This document shows positions 46,032 through 56,401 of a stretch of 64,000 nt of DNA, in pieces (position 1 is the first letter of the stretch; each line of letters starts with the position of its first letter). Origin of the DNA: Prevotellaceae bacterium UBA1710 (GTDB lineage: Bacteria > Bacteroidota > Bacteroidia > Bacteroidales > Bacteroidaceae); NCBI GenBank assembly GCA_002317355.1, contig DCJC01000056.1, positions 7,307-71,306 of the forward strand, given 5' to 3'. The notes below the pieces were generated by a model. It made no database searches, was not told where the DNA came from, and worked only from the letters and a program-made list of their open reading frames with translations. The translations under genes and the position numbers were made by a program.

Positions 46032-47048
46032 TTAGTCGATAACGACGCGAGTCCAGTTGTGGGTGTCTGGCTCGATGCCGTACTGAATGTTGCGAAGCTT
46101 GTTGAAGAGCTTTTCAGAAACAGGTCCTGGCTTCTCTCCGAAGACATAGCTCTTGCCAGTCTCGATGTCGTCAATGCGAGAGATAGGAGAGATAACGGCT
46201 GCTGTTCCACAAGCACCTGCCTCCTCGAATGTCTCAAGTTCCTCTTCTGGAATCTGGCGACGCTCAACCTTCATTCCGAGATCCTCAGCCAACTGCATGA
46301 GTGACTTGTTGGTGATAGATGGAAGGATAGATGTTGACTTCGGAGTGATGTAGGTGTTGTTCTTGATACCGAAGAAGTTAGCTGCGCCAGCCTCGTCGAT
46401 ATACTTCTTCTCTTTTGCGTCGAGATAGAACTCGCAAGCATAGCCGAGTTCATGAGCCTTGTTGTTTGCCTGAAGAGAAGCAGCATAGTTGCCACCTACC
46501 TTATATATACCTGTGCCGAGAGGTGCGCTACGGTCGAATTCACGAACGATAACGTATGGGTTAGCGAAGAAACCACCCTTGAAGTAAGGGCCTACCGGAG
46601 TAACGAAGATGAGGAAGAGATACTCGTTGGCTGGATGAACGCCTACCTGAGCACCAGTACCAATGAGGAGAGGGCGAACATAGAGAGTTGCACCTGACTC
46701 GTATGGTGGGATATAATCCTGATTCAGACGGACCACCTTGTCCACCATCTCATTGAAGAGTTCTGTAGGAACCTCTGGCATGAGAATTCCGCGACTTGTT
46801 GACTGCATACGAGCAGCATTCTCGTCGGTACGGAACACACGCACCTTGCCGTCTGGACAACGATAAGCCTTGAGACCCTCGAAAGCCTCCTGGCCGTAGT
46901 GCAGACATGTTGCAGCCATGTGCATGTTGATGTACTCACCGGAGCAAACTTCAATTTCGCCCCACTTGCCGTCACGATAGTAACAGCGAACGTTGTAATC
47001 TGTTGGTCTGTAACCAAACCCCAGATTAGACCAATCTAAATCTTTCAT
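46032..47048 (-). CDS. ilvE: branched-chain amino acid aminotransferase
   Basis: LHYGQEAFEGLKAY, LYVRP, KVGGNY (PLP lysine), ILPSIT, GTAAVISP; promoter CTTG-N20-TACTTTTG at 47089-47120. Confidence 0.97.
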   Translation of the reverse strand: MKDLDWSNLGFGYRPTDYNVRCYYRDGKWGEIEVCSGEYINMHMAATCLHYGQEAFEGLKAYRCPDGKVRVFRTDENAARMQSTSRGILMPEVPTELFNEMVDKVVRLNQDYIPPYESGATLYVRPLLIGTGAQVGVHPANEYLFLIFVTPVGPYFKGGFFANPYVIVREFDRSAPLGTGIYKVGGNYAASLQANNKAHELGYACEFYLDAKEKKYIDEAGAANFFGIKNNTYITPKSTSILPSITNKSLMQLAEDLGMKVERRQIPEEELETFEEAGACGTAAVISPISRIDDIETGKSYVFGEKPGPVSEKLFNKLRNIQYGIEPDTHNWTRVVID

Positions 47049-47231
47049 ATTGTTATTTTTTGGTTTGGAAAAATCAAATTTCGAAATGCAAAAGTATATA
47101 TTTTCTTTGAAATTTGCAAGAAAATAGACTTTTTTTTCCGTTTAAGTCCAAAATAATTGTTTTTGCGAAGAAAATGATATGTATTTGGGTTTGCCGATGG
47201 GTTGCTGGAGGTAGGTCTTGAATCCGCTCTT

Positions 47232-47341
47232 GGTCCGAAGCTTCTCCATCGCATGTCCATCGCATCTCCATCGCTGCTCCATCGTTTCGATGGACTATCG
47301 ATGGAGTAACGATGGAGTATCGATGGAGTATCTACGGAGGA
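47232..47341. repeat. 11-bp-period back-to-back array (TCCATCG x4 / CGATGGA x4)
   Basis: tctccatcgca tgtccatcgca tctccatcgct gctccatcgtt | tcgatggacta tcgatggagta acgatggagta tcgatggagta. Confidence 0.9.
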
Positions 47342-47346
47342 AAAGC

Positions 47347-47378
47347 AAAAAAATAAGGAAGGTTTTGCCTTCCTTATT
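47347..47378 (-). terminator. intrinsic terminator of xseAB
   Basis: AATAAGGAAGG/CCTTCCTTATT stem with a U-tract. Confidence 0.75.
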
Positions 47379-47571
47379 ACTTGTCGTTTTCGAGGATTTT
47401 CTTGATTTCCTCGTCAGTCTTGGTGAGTTTGTCCTTGCATAGTTTGATGAGTTGCTGGGCATTCTTGAGTTCGGTACTCATCATGTCGATGTCGAGTTCT
47501 CCACTCTCCATCTTCTTGACAATCTCCTCAAGTTGGGTGATTGCCTCTTCGTAATTCGGTATCTTTTTCAT
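47377..47571 (-). CDS. xseB: exodeoxyribonuclease VII small subunit
   Basis: YEEAI.QLEEIV..ME.GELDID; start moved to ATG 47571; downstream of xseA. Confidence 0.93.
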   Translation of the reverse strand: MKKIPNYEEAITQLEEIVKKMESGELDIDMMSTELKNAQQLIKLCKDKLTKTDEEIKKILENDK

Positions 47572-47584
47572 ATTTTTAAATTTT

Positions 47585-47731
47585 AAGGAGTTCAAGGAGT
47601 AATGAGGAGTACAAGTAGTACAAGACGAATGATTGGATATAACGACCTACATGAAATTCAGTGATAATGACTATCGTCTTGTACTACTTAAGCGACTTTG
47701 GGAGCGTTACTCCTTGTACTTCTTGTACTTC
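47585..47731. repeat. gene-less inverted 9-mer cassette (AAGGAGTAC-type) between xseA and xseB
   Basis: perfect 16-bp inverted repeat 47613-47628 / 47674-47689 plus outer AAGGAGT and ACTCCTT/ACTTCTT units. Confidence 0.75.
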
Positions 47732-47733
47732 TT

Positions 47734-49020
47734 TTAGTTTTTAACAATTGTTTCAATAGCGCCGGAAGCGAGAACAATGGTTACTTCGTCGCCTTTCTTC
47801 AGTGTCTTTGGGTCTTTGATTGCGATTCCGTCGTGCAAGGCGATGCTGTAACCTCTCCTCAGAATGTGGATAGGGTCAACGGCATTTGTTCGTTGAGCCA
47901 GCATGTCGAGTTTATAGGAAGCACGTTCAAGTCGGTTGCTTATGATAAGCGGAAGTCGTTGCTCAATCGTAGAGATACGATTCTTCTCAATGTTAATGGC
48001 TTGTGTGACAGATGTTTGTAACCTTGTGGAGATGTTTGCGAGTCTTGCCTCTTCCCTTGTCTTCTTGAGGGAAAAGGCAACGGGAAGGAAACTCTGAATC
48101 CTGCTAAGTCGCAATTTCTCTTGCTCCATTCTCGAACGAACACAATCGGTTATTCTCCGTGAGGCATCCTCTATCCTTTCGAGAGTTTCTAAGAGGTTGT
48201 CTATGAGCCATGTAGCAGCTGCCGTTGGGGTTTTGACTCTCACGCAAGAAATCATATCGAGGATACATTCGTCACGATCATGCCCGATACCAGTAATGAT
48301 AGGCAAAGGGAAGTTGGCTACATTCTCTGCGAGTTCGAGGGTGTCGAATCCAGAGAAATCGCTTGTAGCACCTCCACCTCTGATGATGACTACAACATCA
48401 AAATCCTCGATGGAATCGTTGATTTTGTTGAGTGCGGCTATGATTGTCTCCTCAACTTGCTCGCCTTGCATAACGGCAGGGAAAAGTCGTGTGGTGAACT
48501 GAAATCCGTACTCGTTGTTGAGGAGTTGGTTGCAGAAATCGCCATATCCAGCAGCTGTCTGAGAGGAAATGACGGCAATTCGTTGGGCGAACATCGGAAT
48601 CTCCAAAGACTTGTTGAGGTCGAAAATGCCTTCGCGCTTCAAGGTTTGGATGATCTCCTGACGTTGTCGAGCCATGTCTCCGAGGGTGTAGTTAGGGTCT
48701 ATATCCTGGACAATCCAAGAGAACCCATATGTCTCATGGAACTGGGCCTTCACCTTCAGAAGCACCTTCATTCCAGGATGAGGGCGCTCACCCGTAACCT
48801 TCATGAACTTTGGCAGTACGTAACTCCAAGTGCTTCTCCAACAGCGAGCCTGTGCCCTTGCCACTAATGAATCTTCATCTTTCTGAATCAAATCCATATA
48901 GCAATGCCCACCTGACTCACGGCATTCCGCGAGTTCGGCTTCCACCCAATAGGTATCGTTGAGTGAATAATCCACAACCTGTCTTACGAGATTGTTCAGT
49001 TGGTAGAGCGTTAGATTCAT
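47734..49020 (-). CDS. xseA: exodeoxyribonuclease VII large subunit
   Basis: WVEAEL..SGGHCY, IIRGGG, TGIGHDRD, KTPTAAA, ILRRGYS. Confidence 0.96.
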   Translation of the reverse strand: MNLTLYQLNNLVRQVVDYSLNDTYWVEAELAECRESGGHCYMDLIQKDEDSLVARAQARCWRSTWSYVLPKFMKVTGERPHPGMKVLLKVKAQFHETYGFSWIVQDIDPNYTLGDMARQRQEIIQTLKREGIFDLNKSLEIPMFAQRIAVISSQTAAGYGDFCNQLLNNEYGFQFTTRLFPAVMQGEQVEETIIAALNKINDSIEDFDVVVIIRGGGATSDFSGFDTLELAENVANFPLPIITGIGHDRDECILDMISCVRVKTPTAAATWLIDNLLETLERIEDASRRITDCVRSRMEQEKLRLSRIQSFLPVAFSLKKTREEARLANISTRLQTSVTQAINIEKNRISTIEQRLPLIISNRLERASYKLDMLAQRTNAVDPIHILRRGYSIALHDGIAIKDPKTLKKGDEVTIVLASGAIETIVKN

Positions 49021-49039
49021 TATAATGTTGATTTTGGCA

Positions 49040-49119
49040 CAAAGTTATGAGAAAAAACTGATTTGGCAAAACAAATTGTTCATTTTATTTTGAGATGACT
49101 AAAAAAAACACTATCTTTG
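49040..49119. promoter_or_regulatory. divergent primary-sigma promoters for xseA (-) and the MATE operon (+)
   Basis: minus: TTTG-N19-TAACTTTG (49040-49070); plus: TTTG-N19-TATCTTTG (49089-49119). Confidence 0.8.
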
Positions 49120-49144
49120 CATCCTAAATAAATAATGTACGTAA

Positions 49145-50485
49145 ATGGATAATAAACAAGCCACTTTGGAGTTGGGAACTAAACCCGTAGGAAGATTGCT
49201 GATGCAGTATGCGCTACCAGCAATCGTTGCTATGGTTGCAGCCTCGCTCTACAATATGGTGGACAGCATCTTTATCGGCCAAGGCGTTGGCGTTTTAGCG
49301 ATTTCAGGATTAGCAATCACCTTCCCATTCATGAACCTCTCTGCTGCATTTGGAGCGGCTATTGGAGTAGGTTCGTCAACTTTCATTAGTGTAAAACTTG
49401 GTCAGCGCGACTATGCCATAGCCAATAAGGTGCTTGGCAATTGCGTGATGCTCAATATCATTGTCGGTATTCTCTTTGGAGGTATCTGCCTGTTGTTCCT
49501 CGATCCTATACTTGGATTCTTTGGCGCTTCAGAAAACACCATACCGTATGCAAGGGAGTATATGCAGGTGATACTTGTGGGAAATGCTTTCACGCATCTC
49601 TACTTCGGATTGAATGCCGTATTGCGTTCGGCAAGTAAACCACGTCAGGCGATGTATGCCACAATCTTTACGGTTGTGATCAATTCGATACTTGACCCAA
49701 TCTTCATCTATGTGCTAGGCTTGGGCATACGTGGAGCTGCATACGCAACTATTCTGTCGCAGATACTCGCGCTTTGCTGGCAATGGAAACTGTTCTCTAA
49801 TAAGGACGAACTTCTGCATTTCGACTATAGTCTTTTCCGTATCAATAAGCAGATCGTGAAGAATATCGTAGGCATAGGAATGTCGCCATTTGCCATGAAT
49901 TCATGTGCTTGTCTTGTGGTGATCTTCATCAATAAATGCTTGATGGCGCATGGAGGAGACCTTGCCGTTGGTGCCTATGGAATCGCAAATAGAATAGCCT
50001 TTATCTTCGTGATGGTGACTATGGGTGTGAACCAGGGTATGCAACCAATAGCTGGTTATAACTATGGTGCCCAGAACTATGACCGATTGCGTAAGGTTGT
50101 GAAACTCGCTATCCTTTGTGCTACGGTGGTTTGTACTGTCGGTTTTCTTGTGGCTATGTTTGGTGCCTATCCTTGTGCTCGTCTTTTCACAAAGGATGAG
50201 AGCCTGATAGAGATTGCAGAAACGGCAATCAGAATGATGATGATGGTGTTCCCGATTGTGGGGTATCAGATAGTAGTAACAAATTTCTTCCAGAGTATCG
50301 GTAAGGCGAAGGTGAGTATGTTCCTCTCGCTCTCTCGCCAGTTGATATTCCTTGTTCCTGCCCTCGCTATCTTCTCGGAGATATGGGGACTTTGGGGCGT
50401 ATGGGCTTCGATGCCGTTCTCTGATGCCTTGGCTACGATTGTGGCTGCGGTAATGATGAAAAGGAGTAGCGTATGGAAAAACTAA
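49145..50485 (+). CDS. MATE family efflux transporter (MepA-like)
   Basis: LYNMVDSIFIG, N.ILDPIFI, GAAYAT, QGMQPIAGYNYGA; about 12 TM segments. Confidence 0.93.
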   Translation: MDNKQATLELGTKPVGRLLMQYALPAIVAMVAASLYNMVDSIFIGQGVGVLAISGLAITFPFMNLSAAFGAAIGVGSSTFISVKLGQRDYAIANKVLGNCVMLNIIVGILFGGICLLFLDPILGFFGASENTIPYAREYMQVILVGNAFTHLYFGLNAVLRSASKPRQAMYATIFTVVINSILDPIFIYVLGLGIRGAAYATILSQILALCWQWKLFSNKDELLHFDYSLFRINKQIVKNIVGIGMSPFAMNSCACLVVIFINKCLMAHGGDLAVGAYGIANRIAFIFVMVTMGVNQGMQPIAGYNYGAQNYDRLRKVVKLAILCATVVCTVGFLVAMFGAYPCARLFTKDESLIEIAETAIRMMMMVFPIVGYQIVVTNFFQSIGKAKVSMFLSLSRQLIFLVPALAIFSEIWGLWGVWASMPFSDALATIVAAVMMKRSSVWKN

Positions 50486-51087
50486 TCATTAACATCGGAC
50501 GACAGATAGGCTGTGGCGGTTATGAGATAGCTCGGATGCTGGCAACGGAGTTTGATGCTCGTCTGCTTGACAAGGAACTTCTCGACCTTGCGGCTAAGGA
50601 GAGTGGCTTCTCTGCCAAGCTCTTCAAACAGCATGATGAGCATAGAGGTTTCCTTAATCACTTGTTCCATTTCCGTGGAGCTGTTACTTCGGGTAACTTC
50701 TATGAAGACAGAATATCTCCAGAGGCATTATTCAAATTCCAAAGTGATGCTATAAGAAAGGCTGCATCCGAGGGATCTTGTGTCATTATCGGCAGATGTG
50801 CCGACTATGTGCTCAGGGATATGGGAAATGTGGTGAATGTATTCATCACGGCAAATATGGAAGATCGTGTTGCCCGCATCTCAAAGATTAAGATGTGTGA
50901 TGAAGAGACGGCTCGTAAGCTCATAGAGAAGAAAGAAGAGGAACGAGCTGGCTACTATAACTATTACACAGGAAAGAAATGGGGCGACTCAAAGAGCTAT
51001 GATCTCTGTGTCAATTCCTCTCTGATGGGGTTGGAAGAGACGGCAAAGTATATTGCAGAGTTCGTTCGTAAGGTTAGTTCAAAGTGA
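50473..51087 (+). CDS. cytidylate kinase-like family protein
   Basis: INIGRQIGCGG, CVIIGRCADYVL, YYNYYTGKKWG..SYDL. Confidence 0.88.
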   Translation: MEKLIINIGRQIGCGGYEIARMLATEFDARLLDKELLDLAAKESGFSAKLFKQHDEHRGFLNHLFHFRGAVTSGNFYEDRISPEALFKFQSDAIRKAASEGSCVIIGRCADYVLRDMGNVVNVFITANMEDRVARISKIKMCDEETARKLIEKKEEERAGYYNYYTGKKWGDSKSYDLCVNSSLMGLEETAKYIAEFVRKVSSK

Positions 51088-51114
51088 ATAAGAATATTTT
51101 AAAACAGATAATAT

Positions 51115-52293
51115 ATGAAAAAGATTTTGCTTTTAGGTTCTGGTGAACTTGGTAAGGAGTTTGTTCTTGCTGCAAAGCGTAAGGGCGTGTATGTAATAGC
51201 ATGTGACAAGTATGATAATGCTCCTGCTATGCAGGTTGCTGACGAGCGTGAGGTATTCTCTATGCTCGATGGCGATGCACTTGAGGCTGTTGTGAACAAG
51301 CATCAGCCAGACATTATCGTGCCTGAGATTGAGGCTATCCGTACAGAGCGCCTCTTCGACTTTGAGAAGAAAGGCATTCAGGTTGTGCCTTCTGCACGTG
51401 CGGTGAACTTCACTATGAATCGTCAGGCTATCCGTGACCTTGCTGCCAAGGAACTTGGTCTCAGAACTGCAAAATACTTCTATGCTACAACATACGAGCA
51501 GCTCGTTGAGGCAAGCAAGGAGATTGGTTTCCCTTGTGTCATCAAGCCTTTGATGTCTTCTTCCGGTCATGGTCAGAGTACCGTTAAGAAGTTTGAGGAC
51601 CTTAAGCCTGCATTCGATGCTGCTATGGAAGGTGCTCGTGGTGATGTGAAGGAGGTTATCATCGAGGAGTTCATTCACTTCACCTCAGAGTTCACTCTTC
51701 TCACCGTTACCCAGAAGGATGGTCCTACACTCTTCTGTCCTCCAATCGGACACGTTCAGGAGGGTGGTGATTATCGTGAGTCTTGGCAGCCATATCAGAT
51801 TTCTGAGAAGGATCTGAAGGATGCTCAGCACATGGCTGATGAGGTTACAAAGGCGTTGACTGGCTATGGCATCTGGGGTGTAGAGTTCTTCTTGACAGAT
51901 ACTGGTGTTATCTTCTCTGAGCTCTCACCACGTCCACACGATACTGGTATGGTAACTCTTGGTCACACAACAAACCTCTCAGAGTTCGAGCTTCATCTTC
52001 GTGCTGTTCTCGGTTTGCCAATCCATGACATCCGTCTTGAGCATGCAGGTTGTTCTGCCGTAATCCTTGCTGATAAGGATTATGATGAGGCACCAGAGTA
52101 TAACCTCATGGATGCCCTCAAGGAAGAGTGTACCCGTGTTCGTATCTTCAGTAAGCCAGGCGGTCATTTCGGTCGTCGTATGGGTGTTACCCTTTGCTAT
52201 GGTGAGCCTGATGCTGATATCGATGCACTCCGTGATAAGGCAAAGCGCTTGGCTAAGACCGTACTGGGTACTGACCCTTACATGGAGAAGTAG
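51115..52293 (+). CDS. purT: formate-dependent phosphoribosylglycinamide formyltransferase
   Basis: [42 protein letters not shown]. Confidence 0.97.
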   Translation: MKKILLLGSGELGKEFVLAAKRKGVYVIACDKYDNAPAMQVADEREVFSMLDGDALEAVVNKHQPDIIVPEIEAIRTERLFDFEKKGIQVVPSARAVNFTMNRQAIRDLAAKELGLRTAKYFYATTYEQLVEASKEIGFPCVIKPLMSSSGHGQSTVKKFEDLKPAFDAAMEGARGDVKEVIIEEFIHFTSEFTLLTVTQKDGPTLFCPPIGHVQEGGDYRESWQPYQISEKDLKDAQHMADEVTKALTGYGIWGVEFFLTDTGVIFSELSPRPHDTGMVTLGHTTNLSEFELHLRAVLGLPIHDIRLEHAGCSAVILADKDYDEAPEYNLMDALKEECTRVRIFSKPGGHFGRRMGVTLCYGEPDADIDALRDKAKRLAKTVLGTDPYMEK

Positions 52294-52340
52294 CATTTTT
52301 TATTCTTGTAGATTCATATCTTTAGTCGAAAGTAGGAAAA

Positions 52341-53375
52341 ATGAAAGATAAGATTTACGGAATATTCCTTATAACGGTTATGAGTGTTGTGGCATGGCAT
52401 CTTGCAATGGTGCCAGCCATAAAGGCATTATCGCTCAGTTCGCTGATTATGGGCATTCTGCTCGGTATGATATTTGCCAACACTCTTCGTTCAAAGGTGC
52501 CGGCATCGTGGGAACCCGGACTTAAGTTCTGTTCCAAGCGTATGCTTCGCACGGGTATCATCCTCTATGGTTTCCGACTCACATTCCAGGATGTGGTGGA
52601 GGTTGGAGCCGCAGCATTGGTGGTTGATGCTATTGTTGTTGTTGGTACCATCTGCTTGGGCTATTGGCTTGGTAAGCTTATCGGACTTGACAGGGATAGC
52701 ACACTTCTGACATCCGTGGGAAGTGCTATATGTGGTGCTGCTGCCGTGCTTGGTGCGGAACCGATCGTTAAGGGTGAGGCTCATAAAACAGCTGTCGCAG
52801 TGAGTACCGTGGTGATATTCGGAACTATAAGTATGTTCCTTTATCCTATAGCTTATCGCGTAGGCATTCTTGATGGACTCTATGCTCAGCAGATAGGTAT
52901 CTATACCGGTTCGACGCTTCATGAGGTTGCCCATGTAGTGGGTGCTGGTAATGCAATGGCAAATGATATAATTGCCCCAACTGCCCTTATTGTGAAGATG
53001 GTGCGTGTAATCTTGCTTGTACCTGTTCTTCTTGTTATGAGCTGGTGGTTGTCGAAGGGTGCTCCTATGGGTGGTGAGAAAGGTAAGATAAACGTTCCTT
53101 GGTTTGCATTTATCTTCCTGTTGATGATAGGTGTGAATAGTGTACTTCAGAGTATGTATGGTATGGAGGAATGGCTTGCAGATGTCCGTGGTATCATAAA
53201 TGTCGTATCTACCTTCATGCTCACTATGGCGATGACAGCACTCGGTGCAGATACAAGTTTTGCGAAGTTCAGACAGGCAGGAGCCAAGCCATTCTACCTT
53301 GCAGGTATGATATATGTCTGGCTCGTTGTAGGCGGATATCTCATGGCGAAGTTCTTAGTGCCTTTGATGCGATAG
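52341..53375 (+). CDS. YeiH/UPF0324 putative sulfate exporter family membrane protein
   Basis: LR.GIILYG, GSAICGAAAV, STLHEVAHVV, VKMVRV, VPWFA. Confidence 0.9.
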   Translation: MKDKIYGIFLITVMSVVAWHLAMVPAIKALSLSSLIMGILLGMIFANTLRSKVPASWEPGLKFCSKRMLRTGIILYGFRLTFQDVVEVGAAALVVDAIVVVGTICLGYWLGKLIGLDRDSTLLTSVGSAICGAAAVLGAEPIVKGEAHKTAVAVSTVVIFGTISMFLYPIAYRVGILDGLYAQQIGIYTGSTLHEVAHVVGAGNAMANDIIAPTALIVKMVRVILLVPVLLVMSWWLSKGAPMGGEKGKINVPWFAFIFLLMIGVNSVLQSMYGMEEWLADVRGIINVVSTFMLTMAMTALGADTSFAKFRQAGAKPFYLAGMIYVWLVVGGYLMAKFLVPLMR

Positions 53376-53436
53376 GTCGCTGTGCTTTATATAAGCATCG
53401 CAAGTGCCAAAGTTAATTTGTAGAACCAACAAATAA

Positions 53437-55305
53437 TTGGATATAAGAAATAACATAATAAGCAAATTGGGAAAGGTATGTGGCTCTGTGAATCATAATC
53501 TCATATTCTTCCTGTTCATGTATGTACTTGGCATAGTTGAGAGCTATGCCGTACTACCAGAATGGAAGGGCGCGAAGGTATATGATAATCTGTACTTCGA
53601 ACTCTTCTTTGACTTATTTATCCTTACTCTTCTTGTGGCGTTGGTGCCTCAGAAGATAAGGAAATTCCCGTTGCGTGCAACCGTAAAGGGCATTATCTAT
53701 ACCATAGCCTATTCACTTGCCATAATAGATACGTTCTGTATGGTGAAGTTTGGTAACACGATAAGTCCTTCAATGCTCCTTCTTGTAGGAGAGACAACGG
53801 GAAGTGAGACGGCAGAGTTCCTCGGAACCTACGTAAACCTTGATGTCATCTTTACGACCAATCTCGGTTGGGTGCTTCTGGTGTTGCTTGGGCATCTGCT
53901 TGTGGAGGTTATCAAGTGCAAAGTGAAAAGGATAAGGTGTAATGTTGTTTGGTGCAATCGCCTTTTGCCTTTTGTCTTTTGTCTTTTGTCAATCGTAATG
54001 CTGATAATTGGCTGGAACGATACCATAACCAATAAGCAATGCCTGATTCGTCATTTCGAGTGTAAGACGGTTGGAGATGTGGAGAAGGACATGAATCTTC
54101 ACCCTTGTGTGGTTATGTATCAGCCAGTTTATCGTCTTGCTGATGCCTTCTTCTCAAATCATCTTATCTCCCTGCAGCTTGGCAGACTGAAAGATAAGGC
54201 GCAGGAGGTAGAGGCAATGACTCCTAATCAACTCGGAATACCTGACTCGCTCCTTGCTTCAAAGCCATCGAATATCATCCTTATCATAGGCGAGAGTTTC
54301 AATAAGTATCACTCTCAGTTGTATGGCTATGAGAAGAAGAACACCCCTCAGCAGGTAGCACTCGAGAAGAGTGGAAAACTTGTTAAGTTCTCGGATGTGA
54401 TGGCTCCGTGGAATCTTACGAGTTTCGTCTTCAAGCATCTTATGACAACCTATACGGTAGGCGATGAAGGCGATTGGTGCGATTATCCATTGTTCTGTCA
54501 GTTGTTCAGAAAGGCAGGCTATCAGGTTAACTTCCTCACGAATCAGTTCCTTCCTCATGCCAAGGATGCCATCTATGATTTCAGCGGTGGCTTCTTCCTT
54601 AATGACGAACTGCTGAGTAAGGTGCAGTTTGATATAAGAAACGAGCAGACGCATCTGTGGGATGAGGAATTGCTAAAGGACTATGCTCGTTTGGTAGCAC
54701 CACCTGAGGAATATGCAGATAGCGTTTCAACTCCTTCGCTCACTATCTTCCATCTCATGGGACAGCATGTGAACTATCGCATCAGGTGTCCGAAGGCAAA
54801 GATGAAGTTCTTTACAGGAGATTACGATTGTCCGCAGAATACTCTGAAGGAGAAGAAGAATATGGCATATTATGATTGTGCCGTATGGTATAATGATTCT
54901 GTCGTGGGTGCTATCGTTGACCGCTTCAAGGATGATGATGCCGTGATCATCTACTTCCCTGACCATGGTGATGAGGTATATGGACCAGGTTCCTTGCATC
55001 ATTGTGGACGAAACCACACCACGAACATCACGAAGAATATAGCCCAGCAGGAATATGAGATTCCGATGTGGTTCTACTATACGGATAAGTATGCTAAAAG
55101 GCATCCCGATGTCGTGGCTTCTATCAAGAAGGCAAAAGATAAACCATTCATGACCGATGCGATGTCTCATCTGTTGCTCGGTTTGGCAGGTATAAAATGC
55201 AAGGACTATCGTCCGCAACTTGATTTGCTCAGTCCTCAGTATAATGAGAAGCGTCAGCGACTGATGCAGCATCTCGTGGATTATGATAAAGTAGTGAAAG
55301 AATAG
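53437..55305 (+). CDS. phosphoethanolamine transferase (EptA/CptA-like, sulfatase fold)
   Basis: about 5 N-terminal TM helices, IIGES, probable catalytic Thr in WNLTS, HLMGQH, YD.AV.YND, PDHGDE; TTG start uncertain. Confidence 0.88.
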   Translation: MDIRNNIISKLGKVCGSVNHNLIFFLFMYVLGIVESYAVLPEWKGAKVYDNLYFELFFDLFILTLLVALVPQKIRKFPLRATVKGIIYTIAYSLAIIDTFCMVKFGNTISPSMLLLVGETTGSETAEFLGTYVNLDVIFTTNLGWVLLVLLGHLLVEVIKCKVKRIRCNVVWCNRLLPFVFCLLSIVMLIIGWNDTITNKQCLIRHFECKTVGDVEKDMNLHPCVVMYQPVYRLADAFFSNHLISLQLGRLKDKAQEVEAMTPNQLGIPDSLLASKPSNIILIIGESFNKYHSQLYGYEKKNTPQQVALEKSGKLVKFSDVMAPWNLTSFVFKHLMTTYTVGDEGDWCDYPLFCQLFRKAGYQVNFLTNQFLPHAKDAIYDFSGGFFLNDELLSKVQFDIRNEQTHLWDEELLKDYARLVAPPEEYADSVSTPSLTIFHLMGQHVNYRIRCPKAKMKFFTGDYDCPQNTLKEKKNMAYYDCAVWYNDSVVGAIVDRFKDDDAVIIYFPDHGDEVYGPGSLHHCGRNHTTNITKNIAQQEYEIPMWFYYTDKYAKRHPDVVASIKKAKDKPFMTDAMSHLLLGLAGIKCKDYRPQLDLLSPQYNEKRQRLMQHLVDYDKVVKE

Positions 55306-55308
55306 GCT

Positions 55309-56379
55309 ATGGTAAATATAAGTAAGAATGAGTCTCAGGCGATGCGTGGAATTGCTATCCTCGCTATCGTGCTACATAACTACTGCCATTGGCTCGGTAA
55401 GATGGTGCAGGAGAATGAGTATCAGTTTACTGAACATAATGTCAGACGACTGATGGTAGAACTCTCGCATCCATCATGGGAGTTGATTGTTCACCTCCTT
55501 TCTTTCTTCGGACATTATGGTGTACCCGTTTTCGTGTTCCTTAGTGCCTATGGGCTTGTGATGAAGTACGAGAAGTCTTCCATGGTTTCTGAAGGAAACA
55601 AGGAAGGTGCCCTCTCTTTCATCTGGAAGCATTACAAGAAACTATTCTTGATGATGGTTGTGGGATATACGGCATACGTATTGGTTGACTATATGACTCC
55701 CGCTCCCCGTCGCTATGAGTTCTGGAATGTAGTAGGGCAGTTGGGCATGTTCAGCAACCTATATAAAGACCCTGATCACGATATCTGGCCTGGACCTTAT
55801 TGGTACTTCGGCTTGATGGTGCAGATATACATAGTGTATCGCCTGCTGTTCTATGATAGATATGCGCTGAAAAGCAGATGGCTGTTCGGAGGACTCTTTG
55901 CCGTAACATTGCTTGCTCAGTTGTTCTTCCTGCCAGAAGGCCTTGCACTACAATGGTATCGCTATAACGTGATGGGCTCTCTTCCTGTCTTCATAGCAGG
56001 AGTGATGTTTGCACGCTATAATCGCTTCAACGAGCCACCGAAGACCACTTATGTACTCTTGGCGGTAGCAAGCACCATGCTAATCTTCCTCTTCAGCCTG
56101 TGGTTCGCAACGTGGATAATAGTGCCGTTCTTCATTTGTATTGGTACGGTGGCAATAGTGAAGATACTTCCTGAGCGCCTTCTTAACCCACTCGCTTGGG
56201 TAGGAAGTATCTCTGCTGCAATGTTTGTTTGCCACCCGATAACAAGAAAGGTTATAATCCCGATATCCCGTCATGGAGATATCTTCGCAGGCTTATTGCT
56301 CTATATCGTAGCAACCATCGTGTTGGCTATTCTCTTCAAGAAACTGCTTGCTGTGGTTTCGGCAGAGAGGATGAAGTAG
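55309..56379 (+). CDS. acyltransferase family 3 (O-acyltransferase)
   Basis: MRGIAILAIVLHN, GVPVFVFLSAYGL, PYWYF. Confidence 0.87.
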   Translation: MVNISKNESQAMRGIAILAIVLHNYCHWLGKMVQENEYQFTEHNVRRLMVELSHPSWELIVHLLSFFGHYGVPVFVFLSAYGLVMKYEKSSMVSEGNKEGALSFIWKHYKKLFLMMVVGYTAYVLVDYMTPAPRRYEFWNVVGQLGMFSNLYKDPDHDIWPGPYWYFGLMVQIYIVYRLLFYDRYALKSRWLFGGLFAVTLLAQLFFLPEGLALQWYRYNVMGSLPVFIAGVMFARYNRFNEPPKTTYVLLAVASTMLIFLFSLWFATWIIVPFFICIGTVAIVKILPERLLNPLAWVGSISAAMFVCHPITRKVIIPISRHGDIFAGLLLYIVATIVLAILFKKLLAVVSAERMK

Positions 56380-56401
56380 AAAACATATACAATCAGCAGA
56401 T

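Noticed and set aside
47045-47442. Short ORFs of 65-74 aa across the ilvE-xseB gap
   Set aside because: They run through the 11-bp array, promoter and terminator; repeat-derived open frames.
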